DNA from: Octopus vulgaris
Lineage: Eukaryota
Assembly: GCA_951406725.2 (NCBI GenBank)
Contig: OX597826.1
Span: 74,462,001 to 74,526,000 of the forward strand
Length of the DNA stretch: 64,000 nucleotides
Direction of reading: 5' to 3'
Of the stretch, positions 41,212 to 53,763 are shown in pieces. The notes beneath the pieces are model-generated. The model saw nothing but the letters and a program-made list of their open reading frames with translations. It had not been told where the DNA came from and did no database searches. The translations under genes and the position numbers were made by a program. Within the stretch, counting starts at the first letter, position 1, and the number at the start of each line of letters is the position of its first letter.

Positions 41212-41257
41212 TATTTACCTAGTTTCGGTGGAATACATCCACTTGTTTTCAATAATA
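41212..41257 (-). ncRNA. Degenerate hammerhead-like motif (U3-A8) in a (TA)n-flanked fragment
   Basis: tatta-TTGAAAA-caa-gtgga-tgtat-tccac-c-GAAAC-tag-GTA-aata. Confidence 0.4.
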
Positions 41258-41377
41258 GAAATATTAAATTAACTAAGTCTCTCTAAAAGAGATTATTTTA
41301 TATATATATATATACACACATACTCATATTTCAAATTACTATGCTCCTATGTATATATATAATATATATATATATTA

Positions 41378-41477
<100 letters not shown>

Positions 41478-41988
41478 CGTGCGTGCGTGTGTATACGTAT
41501 GTCTATTTTAGTGAACATGATGGAATACCGTCCGCAACATAGAAATTCATAAGTGGTCCCTCGCTATATTTAGAAAATGTTGACCTTGTCTGCAGTGACC
41601 ATGGAGGGGAATGAGTGCACGTTTATCACGACTTCAAAAATGTCACTTTACCAAGTGAAATTACTCACCAGTTAACGCAGGCAACTCCTTAGCAGATTTA
41701 ATGATCTTAAAATTTACGCTTTTTTGCAAAATTACAATAGCAAATGTGGGTGACCCTACAAGTAGTAGTATCAGAATACCACTATTGTAGCTAAAACACT
41801 TGTGATACCCGTATATCTGCACTGGGTAGGAGTATTATAACGTCAGTCTATTAAAATAGACGTTCATATTTCTCTTCTTAAGAAGGCGGCAGTGTCGGAG
41901 AAAATGTCGGACAAAATGCTTAGCGGTATTTCGTCCGACTTTACATATACATAGATATACACACTCATATTTCAAATTACTATGCTCC

Positions 41989-42055
<67 letters not shown>

Positions 42056-42057
<2 letters not shown>

Positions 42058-42311
42058 GGAAAATTCACAAAAAAATAAACAAAAGACGAAGACAGGTGGT
42101 GTAGACAACAAACAGATGTATTAGTTTAACGCTCCTCGGGAAGTGAAAAAGTCTTTAACGTTTCGAGCCTACGATCTTCCACAGAAGGGAACACGGAAAG
42201 AAACAAGGAGAGAAAATTATGAATGTGTAGTGGCTAACGATCTATCATGGCGAAGGCCGGACAAAAGGGTCACACACAGGAGAGCTGGGGAGAAGGGGAG
42301 ATAACAAAGTG

Positions 42312-42315
<4 letters not shown>
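42056..42315 (-). mobile_element. PLE-type terminal fragment in (TA)n with atypical hammerhead-like motif (42153-42187)
   Basis: ctt-CTGTGGA-a-gatc-gtag-gctc-GAAAC-GTT-aaag; A6 is substituted. Confidence 0.55.
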
Positions 42316-42365
<50 letters not shown>

Positions 42366-42503
42366 CAGCAAAACAATTAAGATTCAAATGAATTCAAATG
42401 AATATGGTACTTAATTTAGATGCACCAGAATTCTTTAGGGTATTAACCATAAAAATATATGGGGTGATTATAGCCAAGAAGAAAGTAACAACAATGGATC
42501 AGT

Positions 42504-42595
42504 AATTCGGTACAATTGTTTCATACTGAGAACATTTTTATTTGAAGCTGCAAATATTACAGCAAATATAATGTCAAGAATTCATCAGCCAAATC
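42504..42595 (-). ncRNA. Type I hammerhead ribozyme motif, intact core
   Basis: Reverse complement of 42741-42832. Confidence 0.75.
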
Positions 42596-42740
42596 ACATA
42601 TATGTTTTCCAACCATCCTAGAAAGTGTAAATATCCTTATATAAAGTCAGTTTATTACCTTACATCAAAGTCATAGAACTCACTCTGAATGCTTCATAAG
42701 GATATTTACACTTTCTAGGGTGGTTGGAAAACATATATGT

Positions 42741-42832
42741 GATTTGGCTGATGAATTCTTGACATTATATTTGCTGTAATATTTGCAGCTTCAAATAAAA
42801 ATGTTCTCAGTATGAAACAATTGTACCGAATT
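42741..42832 (+). ncRNA. Type I hammerhead ribozyme motif, intact core, extended stem II
   Basis: gatttgg-CTGATGA-(59-nt hairpin)-GAAAC-aatt-GTA-ccgaatt; 7-bp stem I and palindromic ACAATTGT. Confidence 0.75.
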
Positions 42833-43050
42833 ACTGATCCATTGTTGTTACTTTTTTCTTGGCTATATATATATTAAAAAAATTTTTTTTAATTATTAAT
42901 ATAAATTAATAATTTTAAATTTAAATAATTTAAATTTCAAATTTTATATTTTATATATTTTGTAAATTATATAAATTATTTTAATTTTTATGTTTTGGTC
43001 TATGTTTTTCACTGTTTGATTTGCCTAATAGTGGTTTTATCTCTAATTTA

Positions 43051-43092
<42 letters not shown>

Positions 43093-43227
43093 GCACACGC
43101 ATCTCTTTCACTCTCTGTAAATATATATATACGTATATGTGTTTGTGTGTGTATGTGTATGTCTATATTAGTGATTTCCATTGTGTGAACATGATGGAGC
43201 ACCGTCTGCTATATAGAAATCCGTAAG

Positions 43228-43618
43228 TCCATCTTTACGTTCTGAGTTCAAATTCCGCCGATGTTGACTTAGCCTTTTATCCTGTTGGGGTCGATAAGAT
43301 AATTGCCATTTAATCCCTGGGCTCGGTGTAATCGATTAGCACCCCCACCCACCCAAATTTTAGACCCTGTGCTTAAAGCAGCAAGATTTATTACTGTTCT
43401 TAAGGCAGTTAATGGGCAGAATCGTTAGCAAGCCGGATAAAATGCTTAGCAGCATTTTGTCCGTCTTTCCGTTCTGATTTGAAATTTTGCCGAGGTCGAC
43501 TTTGCCTTTCATTCAATCAGAGTCAATAAAACATGTAGCACTTGAGCCCTGGAATTCATGGAATTGACCCACTCCTTCCTCAAAATGTCAGGCCTTGTGT
43601 CGCCTGTAGCAGAAAGGA
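43228..43618 (+). mobile_element. Two adjacent diverged SINE family B copies
   Basis: Two B-box/Meta-like segments. Confidence 0.75.
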
Positions 43619-44274
43619 TTAACACCGTTCTTATATTGCTAATGACGTCAATGGATCGGTGGCTGCAACAAAGTCATTCACGATTGTCATTGACTTCAGT
43701 TTCCTGAGTAAGTGTCATTTAATCACAATTTAACTACAAGGAAACAAAGAAACAGAAAAATGGAAAAATAAGGAAGGGGATTAAACAGTAGAAGATGGAA
43801 GAGAAAGAGGAGGAGGAGGAGGGGGTTAATGAGTTAGAATAAAATCAAGTAACACTGGCACGAACTTCCGTAAATATGTTTCAAGATTAGATATCGTCAG
43901 ATTTACATTTACATCACCAACCTAGCTGCACCCGGTGCTTACAAAGTCCTGACTAACCCTTCCCACAAAAACCTTCTGCTACCAACAGATGTGAACTGTA
44001 CAACTTTATGGTATTTAGTTATGTATGGCATTGGCGAACTGTGCTGAGAACTACACAATACGAGTAAGATGTGACTAGCAGACGTTTCGGCTATTTGTTG
44101 CGGTTCAATATTGGCGAAACCATCTGTCATTGTTTCTTAACCCATGGCATAAAAGAAGCGCATAAACTTATATCTGTCTATCTGTTGGCCTTTCATTCTT
44201 CCCTTTTTTCTTTCTTTCTTTCTTCCTTTCTTTCCTTCTTTCTTTCTTTCTTTCTTTCTTTCTTTTCTTCTTTA

Positions 44275-44697
44275 TACTCTCTTTTACTCTTTTACTTGTT
44301 TTAGTCATGTGACTGTGGCCATGCTGGAGCACCGCCTTTAGTCGAGCAAATCGACCCCAGGACTTATTCTTTGTAAGTCTAGTACTTATTCTATCGGTCT
44401 CTTTTGCCGAATCGCTAAGTTACGGGGACGTAAACAGACCAACATCGGTGGTGGTGGTGGTGGTGGGACAAACATCGATGGTGGTGGTGGTGGTGGGACA
44501 AACACAGGCACACACACACATACATATATATACATATATACGACGGGCTTCTTTCAGTTTCCGTCTACCAAATCCAATCACAAGGCTTTGGTCGGCCTAT
44601 AGTAGAAGACACTTGCCCAAGGTGCCACGCAGTGGGACTGAACCCGAAACCATGTGGTTGCTAAGCAAGCTACTTACCACACAGCCATTCCTACGCC
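44275..44697 (-). mobile_element. SINE family A, full length
   Basis: Consensus match, with an internal ~30-bp duplication (aacatcg-gtggtgg...gggacaaac). Confidence 0.9.
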
Positions 44698-45269
44698 TAT
44701 GTATGTATGTCTATATGTATGACCTTAAACCGACCCTCTGTTGCCCCAACATTTTCCCTCTAAATACGTGTCGCTCCGATGGTTAACTGGTCGACTTTAT
44801 TGTTTCGTATACCACGGCTTCTGCACTGTGCTGACTGTTTACTAGGCACTCACTATAAACCCTGCATGAACATCCTGCCTCTATCTCCAGTGTAAAAGTA
44901 TTGCTATATTTTTAGCGTTGGGTGAGCGACGTGTCTGCTGTCGTCCGTATTGTCTATTGGTAAAATTCGGTGCGAAACCTATGGTAACATACTGATCAAT
45001 TATATGCAAAACCAGTAAAATATTGTTCAACGATATAAAAAACATATGTGCTTTCTTACTTATACTGAGTGTGCATATGTCTGATTTATGGACACCTAAC
45101 TACTTACTCTCACATACTACACCCACATTCATAACTTAAATTTAGAGAGGATCCGTCCCCTCTATCCCCCATTCTATTCTACTCTGTGACAGAAAGCGAT
45201 CAAAATCTACTTTTTGCCACCCTCTTTCACTCTTTGTCCGCCTGTTTCTCTGATTTCTTCTTTTTGCTA

Positions 45270-45506
45270 TTTCTCTCTCTCTCTCTCCCTCTCTCTTTCT
45301 CTCTTCCTCCCCCTCTCTTTCTCTCTGTATGTATGCATATATATGTATACATTTATATTTGTGTGTGTGTGTACGTGTGCTTATACGAATGCATGTTTGT
45401 ACATGTATATTTATACACACATGTATATATATATATATATACACATATGTATATATGAATGTACATACATATATATATGTATGTATATGTATGCATATAT
45501 ATATAT

Positions 45507-45601
<95 letters not shown>

Positions 45602-45626
45602 CATATATATATATACATGTATATAT

Positions 45627-45682
<56 letters not shown>

Positions 45683-45684
45683 AT

Positions 45685-45735
<51 letters not shown>
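45270..45735. repeat. Compound CT/TA/CA microsatellite
   Basis: Direct reading. Confidence 0.9.
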
Positions 45736-45737
<2 letters not shown>

Positions 45738-46869
45738 CACACGCGTACGCAGTCCAGAGACATGCAAGTGGTGTCATATGCAGACAGACACAGAAAATAT
45801 GGTTAATATGTTTGTCATTCACTCTTTGCCAGCCTTTGCCTAAGCCTAAAGGAATATGCGTGTGTTTATGTGTGTTTGTGAATGTGTGTATGAGGGGAAA
45901 GCAGAGTACGATGTATGTGGGAATCTTTGAGAAAGACTTATGTGACTTGATAAAAAAAAAAGAAACATGAAAGAGAACTGGAGAAGGACGGGTCGGACAT
46001 ACATTCCTACAGAGAGAGAGAAATAGCTATAGACAGCCAGGCGCGCAACTGATAAGGTTCCTCAGTGAAATTAATATATACAACTGATATGAAAGCGAGG
46101 TTGTGGTGTTGTCGTCGTCAGACAGGGTCAGTTTAAAAGGTTCAATCGTTATATCTCAATTTCTGGAGTTCCACAATTGTTTCTCTTAGCACGGCTGTCA
46201 TTTTGACCCAGCTGGCAAAGCACGAGAACACTATTTTCTGGTTGCTTTTTTTTCTTCTGGTCGTGTCACAATCCCCAGACAGTTTCAACAAGGGTTTTGA
46301 CGAATCAGTAAGTAAATAAATAGATGCCCAAATAATTAGGATGGTGGTTAGCCGGTTTCAGAGGTGTTTTCTTGACAAGCATGAAATAAAATTCTTCAGC
46401 TTACAATCCTAACTGAAGATAGATTAGCAAGAAGGTTTAAATGTCAGCTGTAAACGGATTGCTACAGAATGAGACTGCCACACATCCGGTATAGGGTCTG
46501 TGAGGGTTTCCTGAACTATCCAAGTTTTCTTTTTCGGTACAACTGGAGAAGAAACACCGTAAAGGATAAAGGATCTGATTTTAAGCTGAAAATGGATCCG
46601 GGGTTAATATTTGTCGCAGGTGTTCGAATTCGGGTATTTTGTTATGAATGTTAATAGAACATATTATTCTAGCTACATTATCGAGGATCACCTAACAAGA
46701 GACTGGAAATATTTCTGAAAACTCCTACTGTTCTATCCAGAGAAGTAATTGACACTCATAACAGTTCAAGACGTGATGGCCGTTAACAAGTATTTAGAAT
46801 GGTGTTGAGAATATATTTTATGAAAACATAGACGTAGTTAAAAAGAAAGGAAGTTTTTAACCATGAATA

Positions 46870-47038
46870 TTGGTTTCAAAGGTCAGCGATTTCGGGGAAA
46901 GGTCTAAGTCGATTATGTCGACCCAGTGTTCCCAAAGGATGAAACGCAAAGTCGATCTCGCCGGAATTTGAACTCAAAACGTAAAGATGGATGAAATGCC
47001 GCTATTTTGCCCGACGTGGTAGCAATTCTGTTAACTCG
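46870..47038 (-). mobile_element. SINE family B, diverged
   Basis: aggatgaaacgcaaagtcgatctcgccggaatttgaactc. Confidence 0.75.
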
Positions 47039-47394
47039 TATTCTTATATAGGTCTAAATATTGGCTGGAAATAGAACTGAAATAAAATCGACCATTTTCT
47101 ACCGCAGCGTTGTTGTGGGGAGAGATAAGGATATGGTTTTGAGCTATCATCTTAAATATGTAGTGCTGTCCATCAATAATTATTGCAGGGCAAGCATTTT
47201 ACTGTACGACCATTATCAAACAATATATGGTCACTATCTATCAGATAGTGTATAACCATCAATAGTTAACTTCTGACTACCAACAGTCAGTGTATGGCTC
47301 TCAGTTTATGTATGAATACTATCAGCCAGTGTATGGCCATAAAACAGTCAATGTATGACCAACTGGTTAAATGACTAACCAATTGACTAGCAAC

Positions 47395-47568
47395 CGATCG
47401 GTTGTTTGTCTGTCAAAGTTCTTTCGTTGCTGTTCGCAAACTTTTCAGTGACTCGTGACTCCCAACTCGCTCCAAAGTCTGCTTTGTCTCTCTGAGAGTT
47501 GGTCTTATAAGAGTCAAGGGTGCGAACACCAACAACAGAACTTTGCCGGACAAACAAACGACCGATCG
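47395..47568. mobile_element. MITE-like element with ~45-bp imperfect TIRs, followed by aaccctaaccctaacc
   Basis: cgatcggttgtttgtctgtcaaagttct...gttcgca pairs with tgcgaac...agaactttgccggacaaacaaacgaccgatcg. Confidence 0.6.
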
Positions 47569-48065
47569 ATAACCCTAACCCTAACCAACACATTAAACAA
47601 ACGATTGATTCTTTAATTGATTGGCTGGTTTGATACTTAATAAATTAACTAATAATACAGAAGAGGAATTGAACCTGTGTGTGTGTGTGTGTGTGTTAAT
47701 ATTATTGGCGCAATGACTCTCCCAAAATGCGACTGAACTTGTTTCAAGACACGAATTAACACCAAGAACCTTGTGAGCCAAACACAAAAATAAAAATAAA
47801 CTTCCTAAAGTACATGTCATTCCACGTTTCCTGAAATGCGTTTCCTTTGAGAAAAATGGTTTATTTTTGTTTAAAAGTAAACCGAATGCGTTTTCACAGG
47901 CAAAACGGAACTGAAAATCTAAACTAAAGAGTGCAGCACTGCACTAATTGCAAACACATGTATAATTACTCCAGTCAAGGTTTCCCTCCCATTTTAATAA
48001 ACCCTCGTTACACTTTCTACGGGGTTAAAAACCTGAATAGCTAATTGATTAAATATTTCGTTTAT

Positions 48066-48488
48066 TCTTTTACTTGTTTCACTCATTTGACTGCGGCCAT
48101 GCTGGAGCACCGCCTTTAGTCAAGCAAATCAACCCCAGGACTTATTCTTTGTAAGCCTAGTACTTATTCTATTGGTTTTTTTGCCGAAACGCTAAGTAAT
48201 GGGGACGTAAACACACCAACATCGGTTATCAAGCGATGTTGGGGGGGGGGGGGCAAACACAGACACACAAATATATACACACACATACATATATATGTGT
48301 GTATGTATATATATATATATATGTACGGCGGGCTTCTTTCAGTTTCCGTCAACCAAATCCACTCACAAGGCTTTGGTCGGCCCGAGGCTATAAGAGAAGA
48401 TACTTGCCCAAGGTGTCACGCTGTGGGACTGAACCCGAAACCATGTGGTTGGTAAGCAACCTACTTACTACACAGCCACTCCTGCGCC
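48066..48488 (-). mobile_element. SINE family A, full length
   Basis: Consensus match. Confidence 0.9.
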
Positions 48489-48562
48489 TAAGCATTTCAT
48501 TTCTATATCTTTATTCTATATAATATAGATAACTAATATATTTGGTAAATAGTTACTTAAGC

Positions 48563-48681
48563 GTGGAGACGCAATGGCCCAGTGGTTAGGGTAGCTACTC
48601 GCGGTCGTAGGATCGCGGTTTCGATTCCCAGACCGGGAATTGTGAGTGTATATTGAGCGAAGACACCTAAAGCTCCACGAG
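48563..48681 (+). mobile_element. SINE family C head (truncated)
   Basis: gtggagacgcaatggcccagtggttagg...ggtttcgattccc. Confidence 0.85.
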
Positions 48682-48777
48682 TCTTGATCTGAGATCGTGT
48701 GTTGGAATGAAAACAATTGCAGCGTTGGAAGGTGTTTATAAGCCATTTAAGTAACACACGAAGAACCAGCACGGGAT

Positions 48778-48828
48778 TTTGTCAGTGAACAGGTCGCGGT
48801 CTCAAAGCAACGAAAATATTTTGACAAA
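48778..48828 (+). ncRNA. Minimal hammerhead, G3-C8 variant, inside an inverted PLE-type terminus (48682-48885)
   Basis: tttgtca-GTGAACA-g-gtcgc-ggtctcaaa-gcaac-GAAA-atat-TT-tgacaaa; perfect 7-bp stem I and palindromic AAATATTT. Confidence 0.6.
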
Positions 48829-48913
48829 TTAAATTTAAATGCTGAAGTGAATCTAACGGTTTTTTGTGTGTTTCTTAAAAATATTTGTCGTCTTATTATC
48901 ATAAACTTATCAG

Positions 48914-49512
48914 GGCGGCGAGCTGGCAGAAACGTTAGCACGCCTGGCGAAAAGCTTTGCGGTATTTCGTCTGCAGTTACGTTGTGAGTTCAAATTCCGC
49001 CGAGGTCGACTTTGACCTTCATCCTTTCGGGGTCGATAAATTAAGTACCAGTTACGCACTGGGGTCGATGTAATCGACTTAATCCATTTGTCTGTCCTTG
49101 TTTGTCCCCTCTGTGTTTAGCCCCTTATGGGTAGTAAAGAAATATGTATTTCGTCTGCCGTTACGTTCTGAGTTCAAATTCCGCCGAGGTCGACTTTGAC
49201 TTTCATCCTTTCGGGGTCGAGAAACTAAGTACCAGTTACGCACTGGGGTTCGATGTAATCGCCTTAATCCGTTTGTCTGTCCTTGTTTGTCCCCTCTGTA
49301 TTTAGCCCATTGTAAATAATGTCGAAATAGCATGACTAGTAAAGAAATAGGTATTTCGTGTGCTGCTACGTTCTGAGTTCAAATTCCGCCGAGGTCGACT
49401 TTACCTTTCATCCTTTCGGGGTCGATAAATTAAGTACTAGTTGGGTACTGCGGTCGGCCTATTCGACTGGTAACCCCCAGAAAAAATTTCGGGCCTTGTG
49501 CCTAGAGCAGAA
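48914..49512 (+). mobile_element. SINE family B tandem trimer
   Basis: One head and three B-box/Meta-like units. Confidence 0.9.
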
Positions 49513-49842
49513 ATGATTATTATAAACCTATAATTCCTTTCATTCGTTACAGAATCTCTCTGAAGATGGAGAAAAGCTTTAAGGTTAAATCGAATCTCCC
49601 TAATCGGTGATTGTGCTGCAATGGCCGAATGGATCAATTCCTCTTGGTTTGTATTCAGCCTTTCGCTATGTAAAAGGCGATGGAGCTCGTAACTTTTAAT
49701 ACACAAATCTGAGGATAGAATAGGTAAAAAAAATAAACTGGAATAATTAGATATTGATGCGCTGTTTCGCTGTATAGAGTAACAGGATCGAATCCTGATA
49801 CAGCAACATCAATTAACCAGCCCTGTCTCTGTGGGGGGGGGC

Positions 49843-50221
49843 AGCACTCCGTCGGTTACGACGACGAGGGTTCCGGTTGATCCGAATCAACGGAACAGCC
49901 TGCTCGTGAAATTAAAGTGCAAGTGGCTGAGCACTCCACAGACACGTGTACCCTTAACGTAGTTCTCGGGGATATTCAGCGTGACACAGAGAGTGACAAG
50001 GCCGGCCCTTTGAAATACAGGTACAACAGAAACAGGAAGAAAGAGTGAGAGAAAGTTGTGGTGAAAGAGTACAGCAGGGATCACCACCATCCCCTGCCGG
50101 AGCCTCGTGGAGCTTTAGGTGTTTTCGCTCAATAAACACTCACAACGCTCGGTCTGGGAATCGAAACTGCGATCCTATGACCGCGAGTCCGCTGCCCTAA
50201 CCACTGGGCCATTGCGCCTCC
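49843..50221 (-). mobile_element. SINE family C, full length
   Basis: tRNA head at about 50150-50221 plus a long tail. Confidence 0.9.
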
Positions 50222-50408
50222 CCTGTCTCTGTAGGCAATATTCGTACCGCAGCCTCGAAAAGAGCCCCATCGAATTAATAGGCCTGTTGACTTCTTGGGT
50301 CTCATTATGTATACAAGTGAAGTGTGGGGCACAAATATTTGCCAGAAATTCTCGTAGCTTCAAGTTTAGATTTACCAATAGATTTGCACTAGAGCTTTTC
50401 CTCCCCAC

Positions 50409-50587
50409 CAGTGGCGCAGCTAATAGGGGAACAAAGGGAGGTACCGCTATCCCTGAACACATTTTTCGAAATTGGGGCCCCTTATAAAAAAATTAATCAA
50501 TCAGTTGGAAATCATTTGATGTGTGTCACGGTGCCCTTTTTTTTACGTGCTTGGTCCCACTAACTTCAGAACCTGGCTACGCCACTG
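50409..50587. mobile_element. hAT-type MITE
   Basis: TIRs CAGTGGCGCAGC/GCTACGCCACTG; 8-bp TSD ctccccac/ctcctcac. Confidence 0.85.
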
Positions 50588-50693
50588 CTCCTCACACACA
50601 GCACAAAATTACAATATTTTTTCCCCAGTCCACTATTTCAATCTCTCTGACTGTTTGTCCCTTTTTCTCTCTCTTTCTCCTTCTCTCTCCCTC

Positions 50694-50734
<41 letters not shown>

Positions 50735-50950
50735 TCTCTCTCTCTTTCTCTTTCACTCACTCAATTTTTACCCCCATCTCTGTTTTACCCTCTTCTTTTC
50801 TTTTTTTCTTTTCCAAGTAGTCTTTTCACTCTATCAATTTTTCTTTATTACTTTTCATTTCTTTTCTCTTTATCAGCAACATTCTTCTTTTTCTTTCTTT
50901 TCCTTTCTCCGACACCAGTATCCGTCTTTTCTTTTCCTCTTTCTTCTGTT

Positions 50951-50985
<35 letters not shown>

Positions 50986-51470
50986 TCTTCTTATTCCATG
51001 TCCATAACTTTCAACAGGATAATTTGCCTTGATTCAAGCTAAATTCCCCTCTTGCTTATTTACACAAACCTGCCGCCAGCTGTTCAAAGATATAACAACA
51101 TTCCTGTCTTCTACTCTTCCATGACACACGACCTTCAACATGTAAAAGAAACACTCATAGAACCCTAGTCTTTAAAGGAGCATATAACTCCTTAGAATCG
51201 TATCAGAGTAATGTCCCTTGTCCTATAACACTAGATAAAAAAAAGTCACCCGCAGTAAAAGAACATGGACAATATTATTTATGTATATAGAAGTTATTTT
51301 TAGGCAATCCGGCCTCCTGCGATTTACGTCTGTTTTATTTGAAATACTTATAAGACAGCTTCTGTAAACTTACATGATTTCTGAACGGAAATGTTCTGAG
51401 AACGAAGAGGAATTAATTTTAATATAGTTTTTTTTAAAGTATACAGTGTAATGATATGCAACTCTCTCAA

Positions 51471-51898
<428 letters not shown>

Positions 51899-52145
51899 TA
51901 CACACATACATGTGTGTGTCTGTGTGCTCGACGTATAACCTTATTTTAAAAACTTGTGTTCCTTTATGAAAGAAAACATTGAAGTGGAGTCATGCTATTT
52001 CGACAAAATTTCTTTGTTAGTAGCGACTTTCCTTGGTTATAGAGACAGACCACAGACTATTTATACAAAAATCAAGTCTATAGAGTATATTGTCGAATTT
52101 TTAGTGTATATACACATATACCTATATATAAATAATATACACACA

Positions 52146-52560
52146 GGCGTAGGAGTGGCTGTGTGGTAAGTGGCTTGCTTACCAACCACATGGTTCCTAG
52201 TTCAGTTCTACTGCGTGGAACCTAGGGCAAGTATCTTCTACTATAGCCTTGGGCCGACCAAAGCCTTGTGAGTAGATTTGGTAGACGGAAACTGAAAGAA
52301 GCCCGTCCTATATATGTATATATGTATATGTATGTGTGTGTATATGTTTGTGTGTCTGTGTTTGTCCCACCACCACATCGCTTGACAACCGATGGTGGTG
52401 TTTTTACGTCCCCGTAACTAAGTGGTTCGGCAAAAGAGACCGACAGAATAAGTACTAGGCTTGCAAAGAATAAGTCCTGGGGTCGATTTGCTCGACTAAA
52501 GGCGGTGCTCCAGCATGGCCACAGTCAAATGACTGAAACAAGTAAAAGAGTAAAAGAGTA
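52146..52560 (+). mobile_element. SINE family A, full length
   Basis: Consensus match. Confidence 0.9.
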
Positions 52561-52561
52561 C

Positions 52562-52606
<45 letters not shown>

Positions 52607-52659
52607 TGATAAGAAAATGAGATGACAAAGGAATAAGCGATTATCTTATGTACTTCATT

Positions 52660-52746
52660 AGCTTACAGATGTTTCTGCTATAAGATGCAATGGAGTCCTC
52701 ATCATAGATGAGTACCTAAGTAACACCCTATAGCATCATCGGAGCC
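52660..52746 (-). ncRNA. Type I hammerhead motif with long stem II insert (U4C)
   Basis: ggct-CCGATGA-tgctata...tatagca-GAAAC-atct-GTA-agct. Confidence 0.6.
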
Positions 52747-52800
52747 GCGAATATCAAATACTATTTATTTCGGAAAATAATTACATATATATATATATAT

Positions 52801-52999
52801 ATCCTTAAATCCTTAAAGATTTTTCGGCCCGAATGCTGTGGCCATGCTGGGGCAGCACCGTTGTAACAAAGTGTAACGCTTACAGCACCTAGGTTTCCCA
52901 AGCGGTCACCCATCTAAGTACTAACTAGACTCGTCGTTGCTGAAATTCGCTGATCGAACGAGAACTGGTGCTTTCAACGTGATGTGGCCGGCCGTAAGC
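52801..52999 (-). mobile_element. 5S rRNA-derived SINE-like element or chimeric 5S retrocopy
   Basis: 52878-52999 on the minus strand is a full-length diverged 5S rRNA (gcttacggcc...ttagtacttagatgggtgaccgcttggga...gctgtaagc), followed by an A-type tail and (ttaaggat)x2. Confidence 0.8.
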
Positions 53000-53013
53000 A
53001 TTACCATGAACCA

Positions 53014-53064
<51 letters not shown>

Positions 53065-53083
53065 ACAAAGTGTACGTACGCCG

Positions 53084-53124
<41 letters not shown>

Positions 53125-53128
<4 letters not shown>

Positions 53129-53375
53129 TAAAATAAAAAGGGACAACAAAACATCCAGATAGACGATACAAAGAAAACAAGGACGGGTCATTCGGAGTTT
53201 TCTTTCTTCAGTCAAGCAGCAGATTATCCTCGCAATTTCGGCTGATTATTCTTGAGATTGCTCCAATCTGGTCAGCTCCAAGGCCAGATGGATGTCTATC
53301 TGGATGCTTTGTTGTCCCTTTTTGTATCACCTAGCTGTCCGGATGTTCTGCGTTCTTGTCCCATTTTGTATTTTA
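53125..53375. mobile_element. PLE-type terminal fragment with inverted duplication, in (TA)n
   Basis: Inverted pair aaaagggacaacaaaacatccagatagac / gtctatctggatgctttgttgtccctttt; same family as 30828. Confidence 0.6.
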
Positions 53376-53464
<89 letters not shown>

Positions 53465-53650
53465 GGCTTTAGCGATGTGTCAACTTGTATTAAATGTGAG
53501 AGTATTGTTTTCGTTCTTTAGTTGTCTTATTTGTATGTACATGTACAAACGTGCACTCACACAACACATACACACAAATAATATACATACACCCAAGCCA
53601 GGCTACCATGAAAACGGGCATTGAACGAAGATGATGATTCGCACAAACAT

Positions 53651-53686
<36 letters not shown>

Positions 53687-53763
53687 ATATATAATTCTAT
53701 GTAAAAGAAATACGAACATGGCAAACTTAACCATTTTCCGTTGATTGGAAAAGGGAAGAATGG

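Larger units (their letters stand above)
42361..42867. mobile_element. PLE-type insertion with inverted terminal duplication (172-bp arms at 42469-42640 and 42696-42867)
   Basis: The arms differ at about 2 positions; the insert is flanked by TA repeats and each arm carries a hammerhead. Confidence 0.85.

Noticed and set aside
44070-44125. ccGAAACGTC on the minus strand
   Set aside because: No matching 5' core or stem I could be found.
47570-47587. aaccctaaccctaacc as a telomere
   Set aside because: Under three units, attached to a MITE-like element, and interstitial.
52878-52999. Functional 5S rRNA gene
   Set aside because: Solitary, diverged, carries a small insertion, lacks an oligo-T terminator and is fused to a retroposon tail.
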